From contig JAUWMD010000001.1 in the NCBI GenBank assembly GCA_030613345.1, forward strand, positions 1 through 34,551: a stretch of 34,551 nucleotides of DNA, read 5' to 3'. The DNA comes from Candidatus Krumholzibacteriota bacterium (GTDB taxonomy: Bacteria > Krumholzibacteriota > Krumholzibacteriia > Krumholzibacteriales > Krumholzibacteriaceae). Below, in pieces: positions 9,561 to 19,604 of this stretch (position 1 is the first letter of the stretch; the number at the start of each line of letters is the position of its first letter). The notes under the pieces were generated by a model. That model worked only from the letters and a program-made list of their open reading frames with translations. It searched no databases and was not told where the DNA came from. Both the position numbers and the translations under genes were made by a program.

Positions 9561-11588
9561 TCACTCACCGTAACGGGAGGTCTGTTCGCCATATGCCGCC
9601 ATCGAGTCGAGAGCCCGGCGGACATACCGCCTCGTCTCCGAAGGACCGATGAGCTCGAGTGCGGCGAGCGGATCGGTCTGCGGTCTGAACTTTTTCTTCC
9701 AGCTCCTCATTCGCCCGTGACCGGCGTTGTAGGCGGCCAGCGCTGCAACTATGGACCCTTCGGCACGGTCGAGAAGGAATCGAAGATACCAGCATCCTGC
9801 GGCGACGTTGAAGCCGGGATCTCTCAGATCAGATACCATAACAACCGTCCTTCCGATCTTCCCTCCTATCCACTCTCCTGTCGAAGGCATGATCTGCATC
9901 AAGCCGTAGGCGCCCGCTGGCGATATGATGTTCTCGTCGAACCTGCTTTCCTCCCTGATCACCGCAAGCACCATCTCCGGCGGCAGGTTTTGCTTATCAG
10001 AGCCTTCGTCGATCTCGCAGCCGTACGCGAAAGGGTAGAGGAATTCGATGTAATCCTCCCTTCCGGCAAATAAATCGGTATTATCAACCGCCAGCTCCAG
10101 GCAGAGGCTCTCGATCCCTGCTTCTTTCGCCTCCCGGTAAATGATCACGATACCGTTCGCCCTGTTCTGCCCTTCGAGCGCTGCTATATAGGCACGGGCG
10201 CAGTCGGTGGATGCCGACTTCATGCCCTCACGGGCAAAATACCTGAAGGCCCCGAGAGAATGATGATAAACGGACTTGCCGGTCCCGGCAAACGGCGTCT
10301 TACGTGTGGTGATCTCCAGCAGACTGATCGCGGGAATGTCTGTCCTATCCAGGTCTACAGTAAGAAACTCCGGTCCATCCTCCAGCGCCCTTGTGTAAAA
10401 CGACTGCGCGGATTCCTCTCTCAGTATCATCGCATGATCCGAACGCAGCAGCTCGTCGCCGCAGGTCCTGACGATCCAGTAAAGATACGCCGCCCGGAGC
10501 CTGCCACTGACACCCTGAAGGTTGTCGATCAGAACCGCGCATGCCTCGCTCTTTTTCCCCATCCTGTCGAGAGAGACCGCCATTCCGAGGACCGACTCTC
10601 TGCCGATCAGGGTCTTCGGCCCCGCATCCGCAATTCTCTTCCATGTATCTACGGCTGCATCCCACTCGCCGGACGCCACCTCGATCCTGGCCGCCCTGTC
10701 AGTAGACATCTCTCCGAGAGGGTCGTCCGGATAGTAAAGGCCGTACATCCTGTAACTGACCGAAGATCCCCTGAATCTCTTCATCCTGTACTGAAGGGCG
10801 GCAAACCGCTGAAGCGATTTCTTCTTTCCTTCAACCGGGCAGGTCCCGGATCGAAAGATCGACATGTAGCACGCCAGTGCTTCCGATCTTTTTCCGGAAA
10901 CGGCAAGCAGATCGGCTTCGAGAATATCCGCCAGCCAGGAGTATTCTCCCGTTGAATCGACCAGTCCGATGAGACGTTTCGCAGTAGCGACGTCTCCGGC
11001 CGATATTGCCTCCGAGGCAAAAGTTGCTATTGTTTCGCGGGAGACTCCCCGCGCATATAAAGTTCCATCGACAGCCAACTCGTTCAGTATTCCCATTGCC
11101 TCCTCACCCGGCCTGCCTTGTGCTGCGAGTGTGATGCATGATGACGCTGCGGAGCTGTCTCCGATTTCGAAATAATGGCGGCCCATGAGCAGCAGAGAAC
11201 GGGGAGCGAGAAACAGGGGGAGTTCATCGGTTAAGAAGGGAAGGGCGATCTCCGGTCCTCCGCACAGGATGGCGATGTCTATCAGCCGCCCGCCCGCGGG
11301 ATGACCCTTCGCCTCACCGGAAAATACCAGGCGTGACGCCGATACCGCCCGTTCGGCGGCGCTGGCGCTGTCTCCGGCAGCGAGGAACGCTTCCGCCCTC
11401 ACGAAAAGCCTGTATGCCTCGAGCCAGGGATTTGATTGTCGAACGGTCGAGAGTTTCAGCGCCGTGTCGAAGCTGTCATATTCGAGCGCCCTCATCGCGT
11501 CTGCCAGGGAATTTCCCATGGCGCAACCGCCCGGCACGCAAAGAAAAGCGGTCATCCAGATCAGAAGAAGTCTTTTCCCAGTGATCAT
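9561..11588 (-). CDS. slt: Soluble lytic murein transglycosylase (Slt70-like)
   Basis: Track ORF. N-terminal signal sequence (KRLLLIWMTAFLCVPGGCAMG), a long helical repeat region, and a C-terminal SLT catalytic motif EESRFDENIISPAGAYGLMQIMPSTGEW ... AAYNAGHGR. Confidence 0.88.
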   Translation of the reverse strand: MITGKRLLLIWMTAFLCVPGGCAMGNSLADAMRALEYDSFDTALKLSTVRQSNPWLEAYRLFVRAEAFLAAGDSASAAERAVSASRLVFSGEAKGHPAGGRLIDIAILCGGPEIALPFLTDELPLFLAPRSLLLMGRHYFEIGDSSAASSCITLAAQGRPGEEAMGILNELAVDGTLYARGVSRETIATFASEAISAGDVATAKRLIGLVDSTGEYSWLADILEADLLAVSGKRSEALACYMSIFRSGTCPVEGKKKSLQRFAALQYRMKRFRGSSVSYRMYGLYYPDDPLGEMSTDRAARIEVASGEWDAAVDTWKRIADAGPKTLIGRESVLGMAVSLDRMGKKSEACAVLIDNLQGVSGRLRAAYLYWIVRTCGDELLRSDHAMILREESAQSFYTRALEDGPEFLTVDLDRTDIPAISLLEITTRKTPFAGTGKSVYHHSLGAFRYFAREGMKSASTDCARAYIAALEGQNRANGIVIIYREAKEAGIESLCLELAVDNTDLFAGREDYIEFLYPFAYGCEIDEGSDKQNLPPEMVLAVIREESRFDENIISPAGAYGLMQIMPSTGEWIGGKIGRTVVMVSDLRDPGFNVAAGCWYLRFLLDRAEGSIVAALAAYNAGHGRMRSWKKKFRPQTDPLAALELIGPSETRRYVRRALDSMAAYGEQTSRYGE

Positions 11589-11636
11589 AGTAATCGGGAT
11601 ACTGGCAAGAGTAGTGCCGAAGTCTTCGCCCCCGGA

Positions 11637-13187
11637 TCATTCCCATTCGATCGTGCTGGGAGGCTTGGAACTGATGTCGTATACGACCCTGTTGACCCCG
11701 TCGACCTTGTTGATTATTTCGTTCGCGATATCCTGCAGAAAGTCGTAAGGGAGCCTTGCCCAGTCGGCCGTCATCCCGTCGGTGCTCGTCACCGCCCTGA
11801 GAACCGCGGCCTTTTGGTAGGTACGCTCGTCCCCCATCACGCCTACGCTTCTAACGGGAAGCAGTACCGCGAACGCCTGCCAGACATCGTCGTAAAGGCC
11901 CTCGCGCCTTAGGCCGTCTATGAAGATCCTGTCGACCCTGCGCAGAAGATCGAGGTCTTCCCTGACGATCGCTCCGGGGACCCTGACCGCCAGACCTGGT
12001 CCGGGGAAGGGGTGGCGCTCTATCTGGACGGCCGGCAGATCGAGGAACTTCCCCACCTCCCTGACCTCGTCCTTGAAGAGAAGAGAGAGCGGCTCGATCA
12101 GTTCGAAGCTCATCTCGTCGGGAAGGCCTCCTACATTGTGGTGTGACTTGATAGTATCGGAAGGCCCGAACGTCGACCTGCTCTCGATCACGTCGGGATA
12201 GAGTGTCCCCTGGGCGAGGAAGGCGAAGGGTCCGTGCTTCTCGCTTTCCCTCTCGAATATGTCGATGAAAGCAGTACCGATTATCTTTCTCTTTTCCTCC
12301 GGGTCGGTGATGCCGTTGAGCCTCGAGAGAAATTCGTCTGCCGCGTCCACGAATACCAGATCGGTAGTGAGGCAGCCGGCAAGTATCTCCCGAACCTCTT
12401 CCGCCTCGTTTTCCCTCAGGAGTCCGTTGTCGACGAATACCGGGACGAGCTGCTTTCCAATTGCGCGGTCGACCAGCGCGGCCATCACCGAGCTGTCTAC
12501 CCCTCCGCTGACGGCGCAGAGCACCCTTGCGTCGCCTACCCTCTCCCTGATGCGCAACACTTCCAGCTCGACGAACGATTTTGAGCTCCACACCTTGTCG
12601 CAGCAGCAGATCTCGAAGAGGAAATTCTGCAGTATCTCGATTCCATTCTCCGTGTGGAATACCTCGGGATGGAACTGCAGGCCGTATATCCGTTCCTCGT
12701 CGTTGCTCATTGCGGCAATCGGGCAGCCGACAGACGATGCGATCGCCCTGAAACCGGCCGGGATCGACTTGAGGCGAACGCCGTGGCTCATCCAGACCTT
12801 CTGCTCAACGGGAGTTCCCCTGAAGAGGGCGGAATCTGTATCGGCCTCGATCTTGGTGTGTCCGTACTCCCTGTGGTCGGCCCTCTCGAGTTCGGCGCCC
12901 TTCATCTGGGATATGAGCTGCATGCCGTAACATATTCCAAGTACGGGGACTCCGAGCGAGTATATATCCACTTCCAGGCGAAGAGCGTTTTCCTCGGTCA
13001 GGTCGGCCGGGCCACCGGACAGGACGAGTCCTTTAGGGTTTTCGGCCATGATCTCTTCGATCCCTGCTGAATGTGGCAGGATGACTGAGAATACACTCTC
13101 TGCCCTGATCCTGCGTGCGATCAGCTGGGTGTACTGCGATCCAAAATCGAGGATGACAATAGATTCGCCTTCCCACTCCCTCTTCAT
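11637..13187 (-). CDS. guaA: GMP synthase (glutamine-hydrolysing)
   Basis: Track ORF. GATase domain (ILDFGSQYTQLIARRIR, GICYGMQL, QFHPEV), ATP-PPase loop (SGGVDSSV), C-terminus ...PPSTIEWE. Confidence 0.97.
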   Translation of the reverse strand: MKREWEGESIVILDFGSQYTQLIARRIRAESVFSVILPHSAGIEEIMAENPKGLVLSGGPADLTEENALRLEVDIYSLGVPVLGICYGMQLISQMKGAELERADHREYGHTKIEADTDSALFRGTPVEQKVWMSHGVRLKSIPAGFRAIASSVGCPIAAMSNDEERIYGLQFHPEVFHTENGIEILQNFLFEICCCDKVWSSKSFVELEVLRIRERVGDARVLCAVSGGVDSSVMAALVDRAIGKQLVPVFVDNGLLRENEAEEVREILAGCLTTDLVFVDAADEFLSRLNGITDPEEKRKIIGTAFIDIFERESEKHGPFAFLAQGTLYPDVIESRSTFGPSDTIKSHHNVGGLPDEMSFELIEPLSLLFKDEVREVGKFLDLPAVQIERHPFPGPGLAVRVPGAIVREDLDLLRRVDRIFIDGLRREGLYDDVWQAFAVLLPVRSVGVMGDERTYQKAAVLRAVTSTDGMTADWARLPYDFLQDIANEIINKVDGVNRVVYDISSKPPSTIEWE

Positions 13188-13202
13188 ACGCGTATCCTAC
13201 TC

Positions 13203-14765
13203 CTAGTGTCTGAAATGCCTTCTGCCAGTTATCGCCATCGTTACTCCGAGGCTCTCGGCAGCTGCGATGACTTCATCGTCCCTTATCGATCCTCCGGGCT
13301 GGATGATGCATCTCACCCCCGCCTTTACGAGAGTCTCGACTCCATCCGGGAAGGGGAAAAACGCGTCGGACCCGGCTGATGAACCCTCTATCGGCATCGC
13401 TTCCCTCTGTGCCTTGTCGACCGCTATCCTGCAGGAATCGACCCTGCTCATCTGGCCTGCGCCCACGCCGACCGTACCGAGGGAATCGCAGATGACGATC
13501 CCGTTCGACTTCATGTGCTTTACTACCTTCCACGAGAGGCGCATCGCCTTCTCCTCATCGTGAGAGGGTTTTCTCGATGTGACGATCTCAAGTTTCTCTA
13601 TCTCGGGGAATCCTGTGTCTCTTTCCTGGACGAGAAGCATCGGCCCGGCCTCCCTGTATACAAGACCGGAGATATCCCTGTCCCACTCCTCTTCCGGGAT
13701 GGTGATCAGCCTGAGGTTCTTTTTCTTTTTAAACGCCTCGAGAGCTTCCCCGGTGAATCCCCTGGCGAGTATGACCTCGACGAATCCTTTCCTGGAGGCG
13801 ACTGCGAACTTCTCGTCGATGATTCCGTTGACGGAGATGACGCTGCCGAACGCCGACACGGGATCGGTCTTTATCGCCCGCAGGAAACTCTCCCCGATAG
13901 TATTGCAGACCGACGCGCCGCATGGATTCATGTGTTTGAGGATCGCGCAGGCGTTCTCCCCGAGGTCCCGGGCGAGCAGAAACGCAGCCCACATGTCCTG
14001 GATATTGTTGAACGACAGTTCCTTCCCCTGGTGCTGAACGAACTCGTGAAACGACCCGGCTGGCGATTCATCGATGTAGAGGGCCGCCTTCTGGTGCGGG
14101 TTCTCGCCGTATCTCAACGAGCGCGACTTCCTGTAGATACCGATTCTCTCCTCCGGCATCTCCCCGGGCGCCTCGATGCTGTCGAACCAGGCGGAGATCG
14201 CCGTATCGTAAGAGGCAGTGTGATGAAATGCCTTCGACGCCAGCCTCCTTCGCGTATCGCCGGTAACGCTACCTTCGTTCGCGTCCATCTCCTCGAGGAC
14301 TTTCGCGTAATCCGACGGATCGGTCACGACCGATACGGAATCGTGATTCTTTGCCGCCGACCTGATGAGAGTTGGTCCGCCTATGTCGATCTGCTCAACT
14401 ATGTCCTTCTCTGAAAGACACGGATCAGAGGCCGCTTCCCTGAAACGGTACAGGTTGACCGCAACCAGGTCGATCAGGCCTATCCCCAGCTCAGAGGCTT
14501 TATCGATGTGTTCCTTCTTGCTCCTGTCTGCGAGGATACCTCCATGAACCTTCGGGTGAAGGGTCTTTACGCGTCCGTCCATGCATTCGGGAAATCCGGT
14601 CACGTCGCTTATTCCGGTAACCTCTATCCCGGCTTCCCTTATTGTCCTGGCGGTCCCTCCTGAGGCAATGATCTCGATCCCCCTCCCGGCGAGTGACCGC
14701 GCGAAATCGATTACTCCTGTCTTGTCCGTAACGCTTATCAGAGCCCTCTCGATCTTACGGTTCAT
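13203..14765 (-). CDS. purH: Bifunctional AICAR formyltransferase / IMP cyclohydrolase
   Basis: Track ORF. RALISVTDKTGVIDFARSL..., MDGRVKTLHPKVHGGILA, C-terminus MAITGRRHFRH. Confidence 0.97.
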   Translation of the reverse strand: MNRKIERALISVTDKTGVIDFARSLAGRGIEIIASGGTARTIREAGIEVTGISDVTGFPECMDGRVKTLHPKVHGGILADRSKKEHIDKASELGIGLIDLVAVNLYRFREAASDPCLSEKDIVEQIDIGGPTLIRSAAKNHDSVSVVTDPSDYAKVLEEMDANEGSVTGDTRRRLASKAFHHTASYDTAISAWFDSIEAPGEMPEERIGIYRKSRSLRYGENPHQKAALYIDESPAGSFHEFVQHQGKELSFNNIQDMWAAFLLARDLGENACAILKHMNPCGASVCNTIGESFLRAIKTDPVSAFGSVISVNGIIDEKFAVASRKGFVEVILARGFTGEALEAFKKKKNLRLITIPEEEWDRDISGLVYREAGPMLLVQERDTGFPEIEKLEIVTSRKPSHDEEKAMRLSWKVVKHMKSNGIVICDSLGTVGVGAGQMSRVDSCRIAVDKAQREAMPIEGSSAGSDAFFPFPDGVETLVKAGVRCIIQPGGSIRDDEVIAAAESLGVTMAITGRRHFRH

Positions 14766-15658
14766 TTCATGTACCTCTTGATGTTGAGATCGGGAAACAG
14801 CATCTTCGCGGCCATAGCGTAACGTTCGCTCGTCTTCTCGACTATATCAGCGGGCAGTTCGGGAGCCGGTGGCTCATGGTCCCATCCGCTCTCGTCGAGA
14901 AAATCCCTGACGAACTGTTTGTCGAGGCTTTTCTGCTGATGCCCCGGCTCGTATTCGTCGATGAGCCAGAATCTCGAGGAATCAGGGGTCAGGATCTCGT
15001 CTATCACGATGATCTGATCATCGGTCACGCCGAACTCGAATTTCGTGTCTGCGATTATAATACCTCTGGATAGGGCGTATTCGCTCGCCCTCTCATACAG
15101 TTCCAGGCTCATATTCTCGAGCTCTCTCGCGGTCTTCTCACCGACGATCTTTGCCGCCTCCTCGATGGATATATTCTCGTCATGTCCCGAGTCCGCCTTC
15201 GTCGACGGCGTAAAGATCGGCTGCTCGAGCCTGTCGGAGTTCTTCAACCCGTCGGGAAGCCTTATTCCGCACACCCCACCTGTCTTCCGGTATTCCTTCC
15301 ATCCCGAACCTGAGATGTACCCTCGGACAATGCATTCGATGTCGAGCCTGTGAGCCTTCTTGACAAGCATCGACCTTCCAGCGAGCCTTTCGGGGAATCC
15401 GTTGAAAGGTTCCGGGAAATCGTCTACATCCACCGAGATCATGTGATTCGGGACGGTGTCGAACTTATCGAACCAGGCGGCCGAGATCGTGTTCAGTACT
15501 ATCCCCTTGCCCGGAATCGGAGTAGGTATCACCGAGTCGAACGCGGACACGCGATCGGATGCGACGATGATCAGCATCTCGCCCAGATCGTATATGTCCC
15601 TCACCTTGCCCCTGTATTCGGGAACGATCCCCGGCAGGCTGCTGTTATCATTATTCAT
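14762..15658 (-). CDS. purC: SAICAR synthetase (long-type PurC)
   Basis: Track ORF. YRGKVRDIYDLGEMLIIVASDRVSAFD. 4-nt overlap with purH and 8-nt overlap with purN. Confidence 0.95.
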   Translation of the reverse strand: MNNDNSSLPGIVPEYRGKVRDIYDLGEMLIIVASDRVSAFDSVIPTPIPGKGIVLNTISAAWFDKFDTVPNHMISVDVDDFPEPFNGFPERLAGRSMLVKKAHRLDIECIVRGYISGSGWKEYRKTGGVCGIRLPDGLKNSDRLEQPIFTPSTKADSGHDENISIEEAAKIVGEKTARELENMSLELYERASEYALSRGIIIADTKFEFGVTDDQIIVIDEILTPDSSRFWLIDEYEPGHQQKSLDKQFVRDFLDESGWDHEPPAPELPADIVEKTSERYAMAAKMLFPDLNIKRYMK

Positions 15659-16280
15659 CGATTATCAGGACTCTCCTTCCATCGATCCTCAATCTTCCCG
15701 CGGCGTACAGCCGGACTGCCTCCGGATATGCCTTGTGTTCCTCGGCGAGTATCCTCTCGCTGAGCGAATCCTCGCTGTCGTCCTCCATCACGGAAACAAT
15801 CTTCTGTATTATTATCGGGCCTGTGTCGATTCCTGCGTCGACGAAGTGGACGGTGCACCCGGAATACCTGACGCCGTAATCGAGGGCTTGCTTCTGTCCG
15901 TGCAGACCCTTGAAACTCGGAAGCAGTGCCGGGTGGATATTGAGCATCCTGCCTGCGTATTCCTCAAGCAGCTTTCCCTTGACGATCCTCATGAATCCGG
16001 CAAGGCATACGAGCTCGACACCGCGTTCCCTGCAGAGACGGTACATTTCCTCACTCGATTCGGGGGACATCGATCCCCTTTTCGGGCCGCAGTCTATTAC
16101 TATGTTCTCGACGCCTGTCTCCCGCGCGAATACGAGCGCCCCGGCTTCCGCGTTGTCCGAGAAAAGGAGTGCTATCTCAGCGGGATAGCCCTCCTCCTGG
16201 CAGGCTCCTGCAAGCGCCCTGAAATTACTGCCACGTCCGGAAGCAAGTATCGCGATCTTCATCTTCTCTTTCATCATCAC
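15651..16280 (-). CDS. purN: Phosphoribosylglycinamide formyltransferase
   Basis: Track ORF. KIAILASGRGSNFRAL, NIHPALLPSFKGLHG. The track start is GTG 16280. GGGAG lies immediately upstream, so the ATG at 16274 (or 16262, MKIAIL) may be the real start. Confidence 0.93.
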   Translation of the reverse strand: MMMKEKMKIAILASGRGSNFRALAGACQEEGYPAEIALLFSDNAEAGALVFARETGVENIVIDCGPKRGSMSPESSEEMYRLCRERGVELVCLAGFMRIVKGKLLEEYAGRMLNIHPALLPSFKGLHGQKQALDYGVRYSGCTVHFVDAGIDTGPIIIQKIVSVMEDDSEDSLSERILAEEHKAYPEAVRLYAAGRLRIDGRRVLIIDE

Positions 16281-16416
16281 TCCCTGATGGAGGAAGCCGA
16301 ACCACGGAGTCTTGGCTGGCTGGATGGGGCCGCCGGGCCAGGCGATCTATCAGAAGCCCGGCGCCGTTTCCCGAACCGGACCCGATGATGGGTGGATATT
16401 ATCCGTCGACTCTCTA

Positions 16417-18063
16417 TCAGTCAAGCGGTGAAATGACAAGAGACGCTTCGTTCCTGTCGGCATCGACTCCTCTTCCCGGCAGGACCGCGGGAGCATGGAT
16501 TGTCAGTTGCTTGCTCCCGGTTATCAGGAGCGTATCCGTGCGTACAGCGATACATTCGACCATCAAGGGACACGGTCCGTTGTACCAGGGGCTGACGAGT
16601 ATTCTCTCCAGGCCCAGGTCCCCCGCAAGGAACGATATTCCTTCCGCGTCGAAATCTCCCGGATCGAGGATAACCAGAAGATCGACACTCCTCGCTCCCG
16701 ATCTTCGCACTTCCCTGGCCACATAAGGCGCGGACCATGCTGCAGGCCATTTTTCCAGGACGAGGACACCCCTGTTACCACCGTAGAGAATGCCTCCGTG
16801 TCTTTTAAAGCGGACCGTTTCCCCCTCTCCGTTATCCAGCCCTCCTATCAGTGGATGGAAAGAGACGATCGACAGTACCAGTCCGATGATCAAAATCGCA
16901 CTTCCATGCTTTTCGCATCTGAAAGCGACGGCGCAGAGCGCAAGTCCGGACACGTACAAACGGACATCAAAGTCGGAAATGACGAGGCCTGCCCTTGAGA
17001 TCTCTGCCCCGCGGGAAACGAGACATCCTGTGAGCGCTGAAAGGAAATTGAGCGGAATCGATGTTATACGGCTCCATATATGTCCGGCGATGACGTATAT
17101 GAATCCGCCGTAGAGAAGGGTCGTCACTGGCAGCGCCATGACCACGCTCATCACCGGCCCCGGCAGTGGTGCGAACCCGAAGATCCTCACTGCCAGCGGA
17201 AGCATGGAAGCCTGCACGCTCAGAGACATCGCGAAGGCGAGCAGCGGCGGGAGCATCACCCGGGATCCCCGCCTTCCTGCAAGATGATGCTGGATCGACC
17301 TGCATACCGGCGCTCCGAGCAGGGCCACACCGGCAGCCGCGTTGAACGACAGCAGGAAACCTGTATCGTTCAGCGAAAGCGGATCGAGGATGCAGACCAG
17401 GAAAGCCCCCGCTACAACACACCGGTCGAGACCGATCCTGACCCCGGCAAGCCTGTACGTCCTCATCACGGCCATCATGGACAGAGCTCTCAGAAGCGAA
17501 CCGGGACTCCCCGCTACCGCCGCATAGAAGGATAGCGCAAACAGGGCTCCGAGGTCTCGCAGGATCCCTCTCGCTCCGGCCAGCGTCAGGATCGCGAACA
17601 GGGGCAAGGCGATCAGCCCCAGGTGAAGTCCACTGAGAGCGAGATAGTGAGCGGTCCCGGTCTTCCTCCAGTCGCGCCGGGTCTTTCTCGAAAGGGTCGA
17701 CCTGTCGGCGATAAGGAGCGCCCTTAGAAGCCCCCTCGTCTCATTGCTCAGTCCCTCTTTTTCTATTATCGTGAGGACTCTTTTCCTGACGGCCGTCACG
17801 GGAGATGCGTGGTCCGCTCTCCGGGAAACAGCCGGACCGGCGGAACCGGAGAGCCGACCTTTATCGACAGGTGAAAGAGATGCAGTAACGAGGACGAATA
17901 GTCCCGACGCGCATGTGAGAAGTGCCCGGGACCTGATGGAAGGCGGGTATCGTTCCGTACATCTGACAATGATGGAAAGGGCTCCCAGCGCTGCCGGGGC
18001 GCCGGCCGCACCGGATGGAAAGAGCGCACCAGCAAAGAAAAAGACGGCCCACCACACAAACAT
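16417..18063 (-). CDS. comEC: ComEC/Rec2-family DNA-uptake membrane protein (competence domain; no intact metallo-beta-lactamase motif seen)
   Basis: Track ORF. Polytopic membrane protein with the family signature region RRDWRKTGTAHYLALSGLHLGLIALPLF...YAAVAGSPGSLLRALSMM...GFLLSFNAAAGV. I found no HxHxDH in the C-terminal part. Confidence 0.8.
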   Translation of the reverse strand: MFVWWAVFFFAGALFPSGAAGAPAALGALSIIVRCTERYPPSIRSRALLTCASGLFVLVTASLSPVDKGRLSGSAGPAVSRRADHASPVTAVRKRVLTIIEKEGLSNETRGLLRALLIADRSTLSRKTRRDWRKTGTAHYLALSGLHLGLIALPLFAILTLAGARGILRDLGALFALSFYAAVAGSPGSLLRALSMMAVMRTYRLAGVRIGLDRCVVAGAFLVCILDPLSLNDTGFLLSFNAAAGVALLGAPVCRSIQHHLAGRRGSRVMLPPLLAFAMSLSVQASMLPLAVRIFGFAPLPGPVMSVVMALPVTTLLYGGFIYVIAGHIWSRITSIPLNFLSALTGCLVSRGAEISRAGLVISDFDVRLYVSGLALCAVAFRCEKHGSAILIIGLVLSIVSFHPLIGGLDNGEGETVRFKRHGGILYGGNRGVLVLEKWPAAWSAPYVAREVRRSGARSVDLLVILDPGDFDAEGISFLAGDLGLERILVSPWYNGPCPLMVECIAVRTDTLLITGSKQLTIHAPAVLPGRGVDADRNEASLVISPLD

Positions 18064-18101
18064 CCTCCACCTCCCTGCCGTATCCAGTCATTAAACCGCT
18101 G

Positions 18102-19394
18102 TCATCCCCCGTAGAAAAAAACCTTGTTCTTACCCTCCTTCTTTGCCTTGTACATTGCCTGGTCGGCCTTGCGAAACAGCTCCATCTCGTCGCCGGCGTC
18201 CACGGGGAATATGCTTCCGCCGACGCTGATCGTTATCCCCAGGGCGTTTCCGTCTTCCATCGTCAGTTTCGTTCCGGCTACGATCTCACGGATCCTCTCG
18301 GCAGTCCTTTCCGCGGCTTCCCGTCCCGCTCCCGGCAGCAGCGCTATGAACTCCTCCCCGCCGAATCTGAACAGCTGATCGATCTTCCTGAGATGTTTTC
18401 TGACCGTTTCCGCGACGAGTTTCAGGACCCTGTCGCCCGTATCGTGGCCGTATTTGTCGTTAAAGAACTTGAAGTCGTCTATATCCATTATGAGGAAGGC
18501 GAGACATTTTCTGTTACGGGTCGCCCTCTCCATCTCGAGCGGCAGCTGCAGCTCGTAGTTGTTCCTGTTATTCACCCCGGTAAGCCTGTCGATCGATACC
18601 ATGCGCTCGAGCTGGCGGTTGTTTTCGAGAACCCTGATCATCCCCTTCGCGACGAGGTGATAGTTGATCATACTGTCACTTGCTGGATTGCCGCCGGAGA
18701 CGGAATGGACCTCGAGAAATCCGTACACAATACCCGCGCTTCTGAGCGGGAACAACACGATCGTCCCGGTCCTCCCGTCTACCGGGAATATGCCTCCGTC
18801 AAACCGGCCGCGTTCGAGAAGTATCAAGGGCTCTTCAGATGCCAGGGAAGTCCCGTAGAAGCCACCCGATTCGGCATCAGCCAGAGAGGATTCCCCGATC
18901 CTCCCCGATTTCCTGATATTGGGCGCCTCGAATTCACTGAAGAGCATCAGGAAGGCCGAAGTTCCCCGCTCTATGGTTCCCGCCAGATCGAGCAGGTTTT
19001 CGAGCCTCTCGGAGATATTGACCGGCGAATCGTTGAGAGAAAGGGCCGAGATGATGCCGGCGAGGACCAGGGGAACTATTCCGCCCTGGCGTCCTTCTGC
19101 TTCAGAGACGGCGCTGTACTCTGAGGCAGGCATCTCGAGTGTGATCCTCGATGGCCCGGAACGCTCCGCAAACTGAACATGAACCTCGCCCCCCCTGTTC
19201 TCGGGAATACCTCGGTCGTATATACGCAGAGATACGAGTTCATCCATCGCGAGCCAGGATTCCCTGATCAGCTCCACGCGGATTCCCGACGCGAGGGCAT
19301 TCCTGATGCCCTCGATCCTCTTCGAGGAGAGAAGGTGTACGGGGATCAGTTTCGACAGGAGAAACCTGTAATCTTTCTCAAACCCATGGTGCAT
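18102..19394 (-). CDS. Diguanylate cyclase (GAF-like N-terminal region + GGDEF domain with I-site)
   Basis: Track ORF. DRLTGVNNRNNYE..., FLIMDIDDFKFFNDKYGHDTGDRVL, and RKIDQLFRFGGEEF, i.e. RxxD exactly 5 residues before GGEEF. Confidence 0.9.
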   Translation of the reverse strand: MHHGFEKDYRFLLSKLIPVHLLSSKRIEGIRNALASGIRVELIRESWLAMDELVSLRIYDRGIPENRGGEVHVQFAERSGPSRITLEMPASEYSAVSEAEGRQGGIVPLVLAGIISALSLNDSPVNISERLENLLDLAGTIERGTSAFLMLFSEFEAPNIRKSGRIGESSLADAESGGFYGTSLASEEPLILLERGRFDGGIFPVDGRTGTIVLFPLRSAGIVYGFLEVHSVSGGNPASDSMINYHLVAKGMIRVLENNRQLERMVSIDRLTGVNNRNNYELQLPLEMERATRNRKCLAFLIMDIDDFKFFNDKYGHDTGDRVLKLVAETVRKHLRKIDQLFRFGGEEFIALLPGAGREAAERTAERIREIVAGTKLTMEDGNALGITISVGGSIFPVDAGDEMELFRKADQAMYKAKKEGKNKVFFYGG

Positions 19395-19550
19395 AATTCG
19401 TCCTGCTCAGGCCGGGTCGTACTTACGGTATACTCCACAGATAATTATACACCATTACGTCACCGATTTAAAGGGGGTCTGTTGCATTACAGGGCACTAT
19501 TCCTGCATATATCGCGTATAATGGACTATCGCCCGCGGTCCATTCTGAAC

Positions 19551-19579
19551 TTGAATGTTTCCGCGGATTTGGATATATT
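19551..19579 (+). promoter_or_regulatory. Sigma70-like promoter for mltD (TTGAAT-N17-TATATT)
   Basis: TTGAAT at 19551-19556, a 17-nt spacer, TATATT at 19574-19579. It lies 26 nt upstream of the ATG, with GGAGG at 19591-19595. Confidence 0.4.
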
Positions 19580-19604
19580 ACGCCAGGTTTGGAGGTTAGA
19601 CCGG

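Noticed and set aside
16281-16416. ZTP (pfl) or purine riboswitch identity for the purN leader
   Set aside because: The genomic context fits, and GGGUC and CGCCUGG strings are present. However, there is no partner for a P1 helix (no GACCC-type complement) and no convincing P2. The CGCCUGG string sits in a hairpin loop rather than a 3' tail, and no purine-riboswitch three-way junction can be drawn. I kept it only as a generic structured leader.
19179-19604. 5' extension of the mltD ORF (track start 19179)
   Set aside because: It overlaps the GGDEF gene and the divergent promoter region. ATG 19605 has a GGAGG SD and begins a textbook lipoprotein signal peptide.
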